In this document: piece after piece, positions 26,123 to 34,214 of the stretch
Layout: each line of letters begins with the position of its first letter
Position numbering within the stretch: position 1 is the first letter of the stretch
From: an uncultured Clostridia bacterium
GTDB lineage: Bacteria; Bacillota; Clostridia; TANB77; CAG-508
Length of the DNA: 39,851 nt
Direction of reading: 5' to 3'
Assembly (NCBI GenBank): GCA_944386125.1
Contig: CALWZX010000002.1
Location: 1-39,851 of the forward strand
Made by a program: the position numbers and the translations under genes
The notes under the pieces: generated by a model
What the model saw: only the letters and a program-made list of their open reading frames with translations
Told to the model about the DNA's origin: nothing
Database searches by the model: none

Positions 26123-28603
26123 ATGAAAACAAAAACAAGGATGTTTTTACTAGTAAGTATTATTTTACTTACAGTAATATTATTGGCAAGTATCTCATCT
26201 AATAGTTTTGCAGTAGAAAAAGTAGAAGAATTAAACTTAGAAAATGAAACACAGCCAAGTCAAGCTTTTACTATGGAACCAACAATAACAACATTTTCTA
26301 TGGCCAAAGCAAGTACATTATGGCAATATGAAGTAGAAGAAAATGTGGCTACAATCACAGGTTATACAGGAACAGAAACCAATATTACCATTCCATCAAC
26401 TATTGATGGATATACGGTTAAAGCAATTGGAAGAGCAGCATTTTATCAAAATACCAATATTAAAAGTGTTACCATTCCGAATACAGTAGAAGATATCGAA
26501 GAAGGAGCTTTTGCAGATTGTACGAACTTATCTAACATAACATTAGGAAATGCTGTACAATATATTGCCCCTTACGCATTTCAAAAAACAAAAATAACTT
26601 CTATTAATATTCCTGCATCAGTAGATAACTTAAACAATTTAGCATTTTTTCATTGTGAAAATTTAACACAAATTACCATAGCAGAAAATAACAAAGAATA
26701 TAAGGCAATTAATGGAGTTGTATTTGATAAAGAAGTAACGCAAATTCTCTTTTATCCATATGCTAAAAAAGATACAACTTATACTATACCATCCACAGTA
26801 AAAAGAATTAGAGAAGAAGCCTTTATGAATAATTATTTACAAAAAATTGTTATTCCTAAAAGTGTGAATACAATCAAAACAGATTTATATTGCTTTACTA
26901 CTCCAGCATTAACCACTATAGAAGTTAGTTCAGAAAATCCATATTTTGCAAGTGTCAATGGGGTACTTTTTAGTAAAGATAAGAAAACCATTTATGCCTA
27001 TCCAGCAGGAAAAACAGCAGAAAGTTACACAATTCCAACAGGAACACAAATCATTGAGCAAAATGCTTTCTTTAAAGCCAAATATTTAAAATATGTTACC
27101 ATTCCACAAACAGTAACAACAATGGAAGCAGTTGCTTTTCGTTATGCAGAGGGATTAGAAGAAATTACCATTCCTTCTAGTGTAACAGAATTTGGCTCAG
27201 GAATGTTTGGAGATTGTCCTAATTTAAAAAAGGCAACTATTAATGGCAATATGGAAATACTTTCGTATTTAACTTTTGATGAATGCCCTATGTTAGAAGA
27301 AGTAATTGTTAATGGAAATATAGAAACCATTGCTAAAGGAGCATTTTATAAATGTCCTAAACTTACCAAAGTTACCTTACCAGATAGTCTTAAAACTATC
27401 ATTAACCAAGCATTTTTCTATTGTAACTCATTAAAAGCAATTACTATTCCTAAAAATGTAGAAATTATAGAAGCAGCAGCTTTTTATGATTATACTAGAC
27501 CACCAGAATACGAAGCAGATATACAATTAGATATTAGTAAAACACAATTAAAGAAACAACCAGATGGAAGTTATATAGCAGGCTATAGCTATTCTGTAAA
27601 AGGAACAAGAGATTATGAAAAGGCATACCAAGTATTAGATATAGTTAACCAATATAGACAACAAAATGGATTAACACCATATGTGATGGATGAGTCTTTA
27701 TTAGAAACAGCAATGATAAGAGCAGCAGAAACAGTAGCTTTATTTGATCATACCAGACCAAATGGTATGATGTATGATACAGCTATTACCAGAAACTGGT
27801 CTATTTGTGGAGAAAACATAGCATGTTATCAAAGAACAGCACAAGATGTTATGAATAGTTGGATGAATTCGGACGGCCATAGAGGAAATATTTTAAGAAA
27901 TTATTTTGATTCTATAGGAATAGGATGTTTCTTAGCAGATGATGGAAATTATTATTGGACACAAGTATTTATTAAAGGAGAAGGAACACCACCTACAACA
28001 AAGCCAGCAAATAAGTCTGTTGTGGAAAACATTTTAATTAGAAATAGTTATCTACCTTTTAGAGATGTGTCAGAAAGTGAGTGGTACTATCAAGCAATAC
28101 AATACAATGTATCTCACCATTACATTTTGGGAACAAATTCATCAACTTTTCAACCAAATACAAAAATTTCAAGGGCTATGATGGTTACCATTTTATGGAG
28201 AATGGTAGGAGAACCAAAAGTAACCAATGGAAAAAATTTCCCAGATGTAAAAACAACGGATTATTATTATAATGCCGTAAAATGGGCATCAGCTAAAGGA
28301 ATTGTAAATGGATATAACAGTGGAAAATTTGCACCAAATGATAATATAACTAGAGAACAGCTAGCCGTTATTTTACAAAACTATTCAAAATATATGAAAC
28401 GAGATGTATCGAAAACAACCAGTTTAAGCAAATTTAAAGATGGGTACAAAACCACAGGATATGCACAACCAGCTGTAAAATGGGCAGTAGCAACAGGTGT
28501 TATGTCAGGAAAAGATAACGGAACAAGACTAGATCCACAAGGAACAGCAACTAGAGCAGAGGCAGCAGCTATGATTTATAATTATTTCACAAGAATGAAA
28601 TAG
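26123..28603 (+). CDS. Secreted SLH-anchored protein A: BspA-type leucine-rich repeats + CAP/SCP (YkwD-like) domain + 3 SLH repeats
   Basis: Signal peptide. Repeated ...ITIPSTV..IG..AF..C..L..I units run roughly 26330-27500. The CAP domain is at about 27620-27975 (QYRQQNGL...GENIA...GHRGNIL...IGIG). The SLH cassette starts at 28052. Confidence 0.85.
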   Translation: MKTKTRMFLLVSIILLTVILLASISSNSFAVEKVEELNLENETQPSQAFTMEPTITTFSMAKASTLWQYEVEENVATITGYTGTETNITIPSTIDGYTVKAIGRAAFYQNTNIKSVTIPNTVEDIEEGAFADCTNLSNITLGNAVQYIAPYAFQKTKITSINIPASVDNLNNLAFFHCENLTQITIAENNKEYKAINGVVFDKEVTQILFYPYAKKDTTYTIPSTVKRIREEAFMNNYLQKIVIPKSVNTIKTDLYCFTTPALTTIEVSSENPYFASVNGVLFSKDKKTIYAYPAGKTAESYTIPTGTQIIEQNAFFKAKYLKYVTIPQTVTTMEAVAFRYAEGLEEITIPSSVTEFGSGMFGDCPNLKKATINGNMEILSYLTFDECPMLEEVIVNGNIETIAKGAFYKCPKLTKVTLPDSLKTIINQAFFYCNSLKAITIPKNVEIIEAAAFYDYTRPPEYEADIQLDISKTQLKKQPDGSYIAGYSYSVKGTRDYEKAYQVLDIVNQYRQQNGLTPYVMDESLLETAMIRAAETVALFDHTRPNGMMYDTAITRNWSICGENIACYQRTAQDVMNSWMNSDGHRGNILRNYFDSIGIGCFLADDGNYYWTQVFIKGEGTPPTTKPANKSVVENILIRNSYLPFRDVSESEWYYQAIQYNVSHHYILGTNSSTFQPNTKISRAMMVTILWRMVGEPKVTNGKNFPDVKTTDYYYNAVKWASAKGIVNGYNSGKFAPNDNITREQLAVILQNYSKYMKRDVSKTTSLSKFKDGYKTTGYAQPAVKWAVATGVMSGKDNGTRLDPQGTATRAEAAAMIYNYFTRMK
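28052..28600 (+). repeat. Conserved 3' SLH cassette, copy 1 of 5
   Basis: Encodes LPFRDV...WYY...MVTILWRMVGEPK...FPDVK..DYYYNAVKWASAKGIVNGYNSGKFAPND.ITREQLAVILQNYSKYMK...YAQPAVKWAVATGV.SGKD.GTRLDPQGTATRAEAAAMIYNYF. 28280-28342 is identical to 29934-29996 (63 nt). Confidence 0.9.
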
Positions 28604-28616
28604 AGGGGGAAAAACA

Positions 28617-30257
28617 ATGAATAAAAAATTCATAAAAATTAGTTTATTAATTATTTTGGCAATATGTGTACTCATGTTAACCACTTACACATATGCAAGC
28701 CAAGCTAATACAGAAGCAGTAGAAATGACTACCATTATTACACAACCAAGTGAAGGTATGATAGAACAAGGCAAAGTAATGAATGTAGAAAAAATAGAAA
28801 AATCAGTAGAAATGTCTGGAGCAAAAGAATTTGCCAACCATCTATTTTGGTTATCCAGAGAATATGATATGGAAGATGTGAATCGTGATTTAAAAGAAAA
28901 GGTAACTTTACAAAGTACAGATGCTTCTTATCAAACTTTAGAAAAAATGGCAAATGGAAAATTGTATTTATACTTAGGATTACATATAGACAAACCAGAG
29001 GGAATGCAAAAAATAGAATTACTTAATGCAGAAGGAATTAATTTATTAGATGTACAAGACTTCAGTTTTTCAGAAAAATTAGCAGATGGTTCTTACAATT
29101 ATTACTTAGAATATGCATTTAAAAATGGTAATGAATGGGCACAAGGAGCAGGATTTGCCAATGTTAATCAAAAAATGACAGTATGTTATTATGCAAATGA
29201 AGAAGATAAAGAGCCAGCATCATCTAGCGAACTTATACTTACTCCAGTAAACGAAACAAAAGCTACTACTACACCATTTGAAAGTTATATATTAACAGAA
29301 AATTCAGAATGGAAAAAGGTAGAATATAATCAATTTGACGAAGGAATTGTAGGAGTAAACGGAGATAAAGCAAAAGAACTAATAGATAACATTAGTTATG
29401 ATAAAAATACACAAACTGTAACCTTCCATAACATAGGAACGGGATATGATAATGAACTAATTAGAGTAGCTACACCAAATATTCATGTAATAGGAGAAAA
29501 TGTATTTGCAGAACTATTTTGTGCAAGTATGAAAACAACTATTACGATGGATGCAGGGGCAACCATGAGAACATTTATTACACGACTAGCCACAGATGAA
29601 TCAGAAGTAAAATATGGAGAAGAAATTGAAGAAACTTTTCAATATACCTATACAGCCGGAAAAACTATTTACGTAAAAAAGAATAATTATTTAACGAGTA
29701 CTAAACTACAATTCAAAGATGTAAAAAAAGGCGATTGGTTTTATGAAGCAGTAAAATATAATACAGAAAGAGGATTTATCAGAGGTGCCAATGATACAGA
29801 GTTTAAACCTGAAACAAACATTTCAAGAGGAATGATGGTTACTATTTTATGGAGAATGGTAGGAGAACCAAAAATAACAGGAGGAAAGAGTTTCCCAGAT
29901 GTTAAAACTAGTGACTATTACTATATTGCTGTGAAATGGGCATCAGCTAAAGGAATTGTAAATGGATATAACAGTGGAAAATTTGCACCAAATGATGATA
30001 TAACCAGAGAACAATTAGCAGTAATTTTACAAAATTACTCCAAATATATGAAAAGAGATGTATCTAAAACCACCAGTTTAAGCAAATTTAAAGATGGGTA
30101 TAAAACCACAGGATATGCACAAACAGCAGTAAAGTGGGCAGTAGCAACAGGAGTTATATCAGGAAAAGATAAAGGAACAAGACTAGATCCACAGGGAACA
30201 GCAACTAGAGCAGAAGCTGCAGCTATGATTTATAATTATTTTACAAGAATGAAATAG
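28617..30257 (+). CDS. Secreted SLH-anchored protein B: ~360-aa N-terminal region with no domain I recognise + 3 SLH repeats
   Basis: Signal peptide (...TYTYASQA). The SLH cassette starts at 29706. Confidence 0.8.
   Translation: MNKKFIKISLLIILAICVLMLTTYTYASQANTEAVEMTTIITQPSEGMIEQGKVMNVEKIEKSVEMSGAKEFANHLFWLSREYDMEDVNRDLKEKVTLQSTDASYQTLEKMANGKLYLYLGLHIDKPEGMQKIELLNAEGINLLDVQDFSFSEKLADGSYNYYLEYAFKNGNEWAQGAGFANVNQKMTVCYYANEEDKEPASSSELILTPVNETKATTTPFESYILTENSEWKKVEYNQFDEGIVGVNGDKAKELIDNISYDKNTQTVTFHNIGTGYDNELIRVATPNIHVIGENVFAELFCASMKTTITMDAGATMRTFITRLATDESEVKYGEEIEETFQYTYTAGKTIYVKKNNYLTSTKLQFKDVKKGDWFYEAVKYNTERGFIRGANDTEFKPETNISRGMMVTILWRMVGEPKITGGKSFPDVKTSDYYYIAVKWASAKGIVNGYNSGKFAPNDDITREQLAVILQNYSKYMKRDVSKTTSLSKFKDGYKTTGYAQTAVKWAVATGVISGKDKGTRLDPQGTATRAEAAAMIYNYFTRMK
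29706..30254 (+). repeat. Conserved 3' SLH cassette, copy 2 of 5
   Basis: 29820-29905 is identical to 31803-31888 (86 nt) in copy 3. Confidence 0.9.
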
Positions 30258-30269
30258 GGGGATGAGTTT

Positions 30270-32240
30270 ATGAAGAGAAAAATGGGAATAGGAATAGCTT
30301 TATTCCTAATCACTTTATGTAGTATATTTTTTATACAGGGAAAAGTAGATGCAGCGACAGTATATAATGATGAAATTAGTTATGAAGAAGAATATGATGG
30401 AACTATTACAGTACGTGCAGCAGGAGAGTATATAGAAAAAGCAACGATACCTTCTACTATTAATGGAAAAACTGTAACCAAGATAGATTATTCAGGTTTT
30501 CAAAATTGTAAATATTTAGAAACCGTTACATTGCCTAGTACTATCAAAGAAATAGAAGCTTATGCTTTTGAAGGTTGTACTTCTCTTACAAGTATTAATA
30601 TTCCATCACAAGTAAAAACAATACCTTATTGGGCTTTTCAAAATTGTTCTTCTTTAAGAAATATTAATCTTTCTAATGTGACAAAGATAGAACCATATGC
30701 TTTTAATGGATGCTCTAGTTTAACATCTGTTACATTTTCTGCTAATTTACAATCTATTGGAGACGGAGCATTTAAAGATACTAAAGCACTAAAAACAGTA
30801 AATTTACCTTCTCAATTAACATATTTAGGAGATTCTGCATTTGAAGCAAGTGGATTGACTAGTATTACAATACCTACTAGTGTAAAAGAAATGCCAAGTA
30901 ATTATGGAGCATTTGAAAATTGCAAATCCTTAAAAACAGCAACAATTAATGCTTCTGTAACAAAAATACCATATAATTTATTTAAGGATTGCACTGCTTT
31001 AACAACAGTAAAATTTTCAAGCTCTAGTCCAGTAATTAATTTTGATCGTTACGTATTTTCAGGATGTTCTTCACTTACTAATGTAACGTTACCACCAAAA
31101 TTACAAAATATTTCTAACTATTGTTTTGAAAATTGTACAGCGCTTACTACAATTACTATTCCAGATACAGTAACAACAATAGGAGTACATGCATTTTCAG
31201 GGTGTAGTAAGTTATCTAGTATAAAAATTCCTTACGGAGTAAAAGAAATACAACAGTATGCGTTTTCAGATTGCACATCATTAAAAAATATTTACTTTAC
31301 AAAGTCAATACAAGAAATAGAAAAATGGGCATTTGAAAATTGTTCTACAAGTAATTTGAAGATATATGGCTATTCTGGTACAGCTGCTAAATATTTTGCA
31401 CAAGAAAATGGTTATTCTTTTACAGAATGTACACCTGTATCTAGCATAAAAATAAGTGGAAATACTTCTGTAGTTAAAAAATCTAGTGTTACTTTAAAGG
31501 CCAATGTTTCTCCAACTAATGCCTATAACAAAACTGTAAAATGGTCAAGTAGTAACCCTAGTATTGCTTCAGTTTCTTCTTCTGGAGTGGTAACAGGTAA
31601 AGCAATAGGAACAGCAACCATTACAGCTATGGCAACAGACGGAACAGGAGCAAAAGGAACTTATATAATTACAGTAAAAGCAACAGATTTACCATTTAAA
31701 GATGTAACAGTGGATGAGTGGTATTATGGAGCAATAAAATATACATATCAAAAAGGAATTATCAAAGGAGCAAATGATACAGAATTTAAACCAAATGTCA
31801 ATATTTCAAGAGGAATGATGGTTACTATTTTATGGAGAATGGTAGGAGAACCAAAAATAACAGGAGGAAAGAGTTTCCCAGATGTTAAGACTAGTGACTA
31901 TTACTATAATGCCGTAAAATGGGCATCGGCTAAAGGAATTGTAAATGGATATAACAGCGGAAAATTTGCCCCAAATGATGATATAACAAGAGAACAATTA
32001 GCAGTTATTTTACAAAATTACTCAAAATATATGAAACGAGATGTATCCAAAACAACCAACTTAAGCAAATTTAAAGATGGATATAAAACAACAGGTTATG
32101 CACAACCAGCAGTAAAATGGGCAGTAGCAACAGGAGTTATATCAGGAAAAGATAAAGGAACAAGACTAGACCCACAGGGAACAGCAACTAGAGCAGAAGC
32201 TGCAGCTATGATTTATAATTATTTTACTAAAATAAAATAG
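30270..32240 (+). CDS. Secreted SLH-anchored protein C: BspA-type leucine-rich repeats + Big_2 domain + 3 SLH repeats
   Basis: Signal peptide (...GKVDAA). LRR units run roughly 30360-31440. Big_2 is at about 31438-31683 (VTLKANVSPTNA..VKWSSSNPSIASV...GTATITA). The SLH cassette starts at 31689. Confidence 0.85.
   Translation: MKRKMGIGIALFLITLCSIFFIQGKVDAATVYNDEISYEEEYDGTITVRAAGEYIEKATIPSTINGKTVTKIDYSGFQNCKYLETVTLPSTIKEIEAYAFEGCTSLTSINIPSQVKTIPYWAFQNCSSLRNINLSNVTKIEPYAFNGCSSLTSVTFSANLQSIGDGAFKDTKALKTVNLPSQLTYLGDSAFEASGLTSITIPTSVKEMPSNYGAFENCKSLKTATINASVTKIPYNLFKDCTALTTVKFSSSSPVINFDRYVFSGCSSLTNVTLPPKLQNISNYCFENCTALTTITIPDTVTTIGVHAFSGCSKLSSIKIPYGVKEIQQYAFSDCTSLKNIYFTKSIQEIEKWAFENCSTSNLKIYGYSGTAAKYFAQENGYSFTECTPVSSIKISGNTSVVKKSSVTLKANVSPTNAYNKTVKWSSSNPSIASVSSSGVVTGKAIGTATITAMATDGTGAKGTYIITVKATDLPFKDVTVDEWYYGAIKYTYQKGIIKGANDTEFKPNVNISRGMMVTILWRMVGEPKITGGKSFPDVKTSDYYYNAVKWASAKGIVNGYNSGKFAPNDDITREQLAVILQNYSKYMKRDVSKTTNLSKFKDGYKTTGYAQPAVKWAVATGVISGKDKGTRLDPQGTATRAEAAAMIYNYFTKIK
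31689..32237 (+). repeat. Conserved 3' SLH cassette, copy 3 of 5
   Basis: Near-identical protein and DNA to copies 2 and 4. Confidence 0.9.
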
Positions 32241-32242
32241 AC

Positions 32243-32284
32243 AAAAGGAGAACTTGGAATATAAAATAGCAAGTTCTCCTTTTT
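32243..32284 (+). terminator. Strong rho-independent terminator after SLH gene C
   Basis: AAAAGGAGAACTTG (32243-32256) pairs with CAAGTTCTCCTTTT (32270-32283), with a 13-nt loop and a T-rich tail. Confidence 0.85.
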
Positions 32285-32315
32285 CTAAACTATTTTGGAA
32301 AACATAAAAAAATGA

Positions 32316-32344
32316 TTGAACAGATAAGAAATAAATGATATAAT
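32316..32344 (+). promoter_or_regulatory. Putative sigma-A promoter for SLH genes D-E
   Basis: TTGAAC (32316-32321), 17-nt spacer, TATAAT (32339-32344). Lies 27 nt upstream of ATG 32371. Confidence 0.6.
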
Positions 32345-32370
32345 TTTTCCAGATAAAGGAGAAATAAAAA

Positions 32371-34212
32371 ATGAAAAAAATAGTAAAAATTTGTGTACTA
32401 CTTTTAGTAATCATTATAATAGCAAATATATGGTTACCAATACATAGCTTAGCGGTAACAAAAAAACAAACTATGATAAAACCAATTCAAGCTAATGGTA
32501 ATGGCATAGAAGCTTTTCCACAAAGTTATCAAACTTTACTAAAAAAATTGGTAAATACAACAGGACATACCAATTGGAAATTTCAAGCTTTTTATACAGA
32601 TATAGATTGGAATGAACTAATTAGTAATGAAACCATACATTTAACTAATACGATAGCGTTGTCAGATAGTTATCCATCTTCTTGGTATTGTAGTTGTCAT
32701 AAACAAGGAGATGTAGGATACTATTGTGCTTCAAAAGAAATTATTAGTTATTATTTAGACCCGAGGAACTTTCTAACAGAACCAACCATTTTTCAATTTT
32801 TAAATTTGTCTAATACTACAGAGGTATCAGTTAGTCAAATTGAAAAAGCAGTGGAACAAACCTTTTTAGATGGAAGTGCCAATGGAATGAGATATGCTCA
32901 AATGATTTATGATGCAGCAAAAGCTTCTGGAGAAAATGCTTATAGCATTATATGTAAAATTTTTCAAGAATTAGGAAGAGGAAAAAAAGGAGAATTACCA
33001 GAAGTCGTATCAGGCAAAGATACAGAGTATCCGAATACATATAACTTTTTTAATTATGGAGCAACAGATGGAGAAAATAATAGAAAAAGAGCATTAGCCT
33101 TTGCAGCTCAAGAAGGATGGAATACACCATACAAAGCTATGGTAGAAGGAGCTAAAAAAATTGCTAGCAATTATTTGCAACAAGGGCAAAATACCAAATA
33201 TACTTTTAAATTTGACATAGTAGGAAATGATACCAGTGAAATGTTTTCACATCAATATATGACCAACATTGAAGATCCTTTAGGACAAGCTTTAAACTTA
33301 TATGATATGTATAATGCTAATGGACTATTGAATCAAGAATTAACATTTATCATACCCGTATATAAAAATATGCCAACATATGTAAAATTGCCAAGCACAG
33401 AAACAGGCAATTTAGGATATGTAAGTTCTAATGCAACTTCTGTATATTTGCGAAATGGACCAGGAGGAGTAGGCAGTGGATATACCAATATTATGGCTTT
33501 ACGAAAAGATACCATAGTACAAATTTTACAAACAGGAATCAATGGTTGGACAAAAGTTTCTTATCAGGGAATTGTAGGGTACATGGCAGAACAGTATGTA
33601 ACCCCTGTTAATCTAAAAAAAGATGTTTATCAAGTGCCTAACAGTTCAGAATTACCATTTGAAGATGTATCGGCTGATGAATGGTATTATGAAGCAATTC
33701 GATATACATATCAAAAAGGTATCATTAAAGGAGCAAATGACACAGAATTTAAACCAAATACCAAAATTTCAAGAGGTATGATGGTTACTATTCTATGGAG
33801 AATGGTAGGAGAGCCAAAAGTAACAGGTGGAAAGAATTTTCCAGACGTAAAAACTAATGACTATTACTACTATGCCGTAAAATGGGCATCAGCAAAAGGA
33901 ATTGTCAATGGATATAACAGTGGAAAATTTGCACCAAATGATGACATAACCAGAGAACAATTAGCCGTTATTTTACAAAATTACTCAAAGTATATGAAAC
34001 GAGATGTATCCAAAACAACCAACTTAAGTAAATTTAAAGACGGATATAAAACAACAGGTTATGCACAACCGGCAGTAAAATGGGCAGTAGCAACAGGAGT
34101 TATATCAGGAAAAGATAAAGGAACAAGGCTAGACCCACAAGGAACAGCAACCAGAGCAGAAGCATCTGCTATGATTTATAATTATTTTACAAAAATAAAA
34201 GGAGATAGGTAA
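32371..34212 (+). CDS. SLH-anchored peptidoglycan hydrolase D: GH73-type N-acetylglucosaminidase + bacterial SH3 domain + 3 SLH repeats
   Basis: FPQSYQTLLKKL...NWKFQAFYTDIDWN, YYLDPRNFLTEPTIFQF, YNFFNYGA, GWNTPYKA, QGQNTKYTFKFD and HQYMTNIEDP match clostridial glucosaminidase autolysins. The SH3b-like segment is GYVSSNATSVYLRNGPG...GWTKVSYQGIVGYM. The SLH cassette starts at 33652. Confidence 0.8.
   Translation: MKKIVKICVLLLVIIIIANIWLPIHSLAVTKKQTMIKPIQANGNGIEAFPQSYQTLLKKLVNTTGHTNWKFQAFYTDIDWNELISNETIHLTNTIALSDSYPSSWYCSCHKQGDVGYYCASKEIISYYLDPRNFLTEPTIFQFLNLSNTTEVSVSQIEKAVEQTFLDGSANGMRYAQMIYDAAKASGENAYSIICKIFQELGRGKKGELPEVVSGKDTEYPNTYNFFNYGATDGENNRKRALAFAAQEGWNTPYKAMVEGAKKIASNYLQQGQNTKYTFKFDIVGNDTSEMFSHQYMTNIEDPLGQALNLYDMYNANGLLNQELTFIIPVYKNMPTYVKLPSTETGNLGYVSSNATSVYLRNGPGGVGSGYTNIMALRKDTIVQILQTGINGWTKVSYQGIVGYMAEQYVTPVNLKKDVYQVPNSSELPFEDVSADEWYYEAIRYTYQKGIIKGANDTEFKPNTKISRGMMVTILWRMVGEPKVTGGKNFPDVKTNDYYYYAVKWASAKGIVNGYNSGKFAPNDDITREQLAVILQNYSKYMKRDVSKTTNLSKFKDGYKTTGYAQPAVKWAVATGVISGKDKGTRLDPQGTATRAEASAMIYNYFTKIKGDR
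33652..34209 (+). repeat. Conserved 3' SLH cassette, copy 4 of 5
   Basis: Same module, with a 3-codon C-terminal extension (GDR). Confidence 0.9.
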
Positions 34213-34214
34213 AA

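Noticed and set aside
28081-28272. 63-aa + strand ORF inside SLH gene A
   Set aside because: It is an out-of-frame ORF wholly inside the conserved SLH cassette, whose frame is fixed by five paralogues. It has no RBS.
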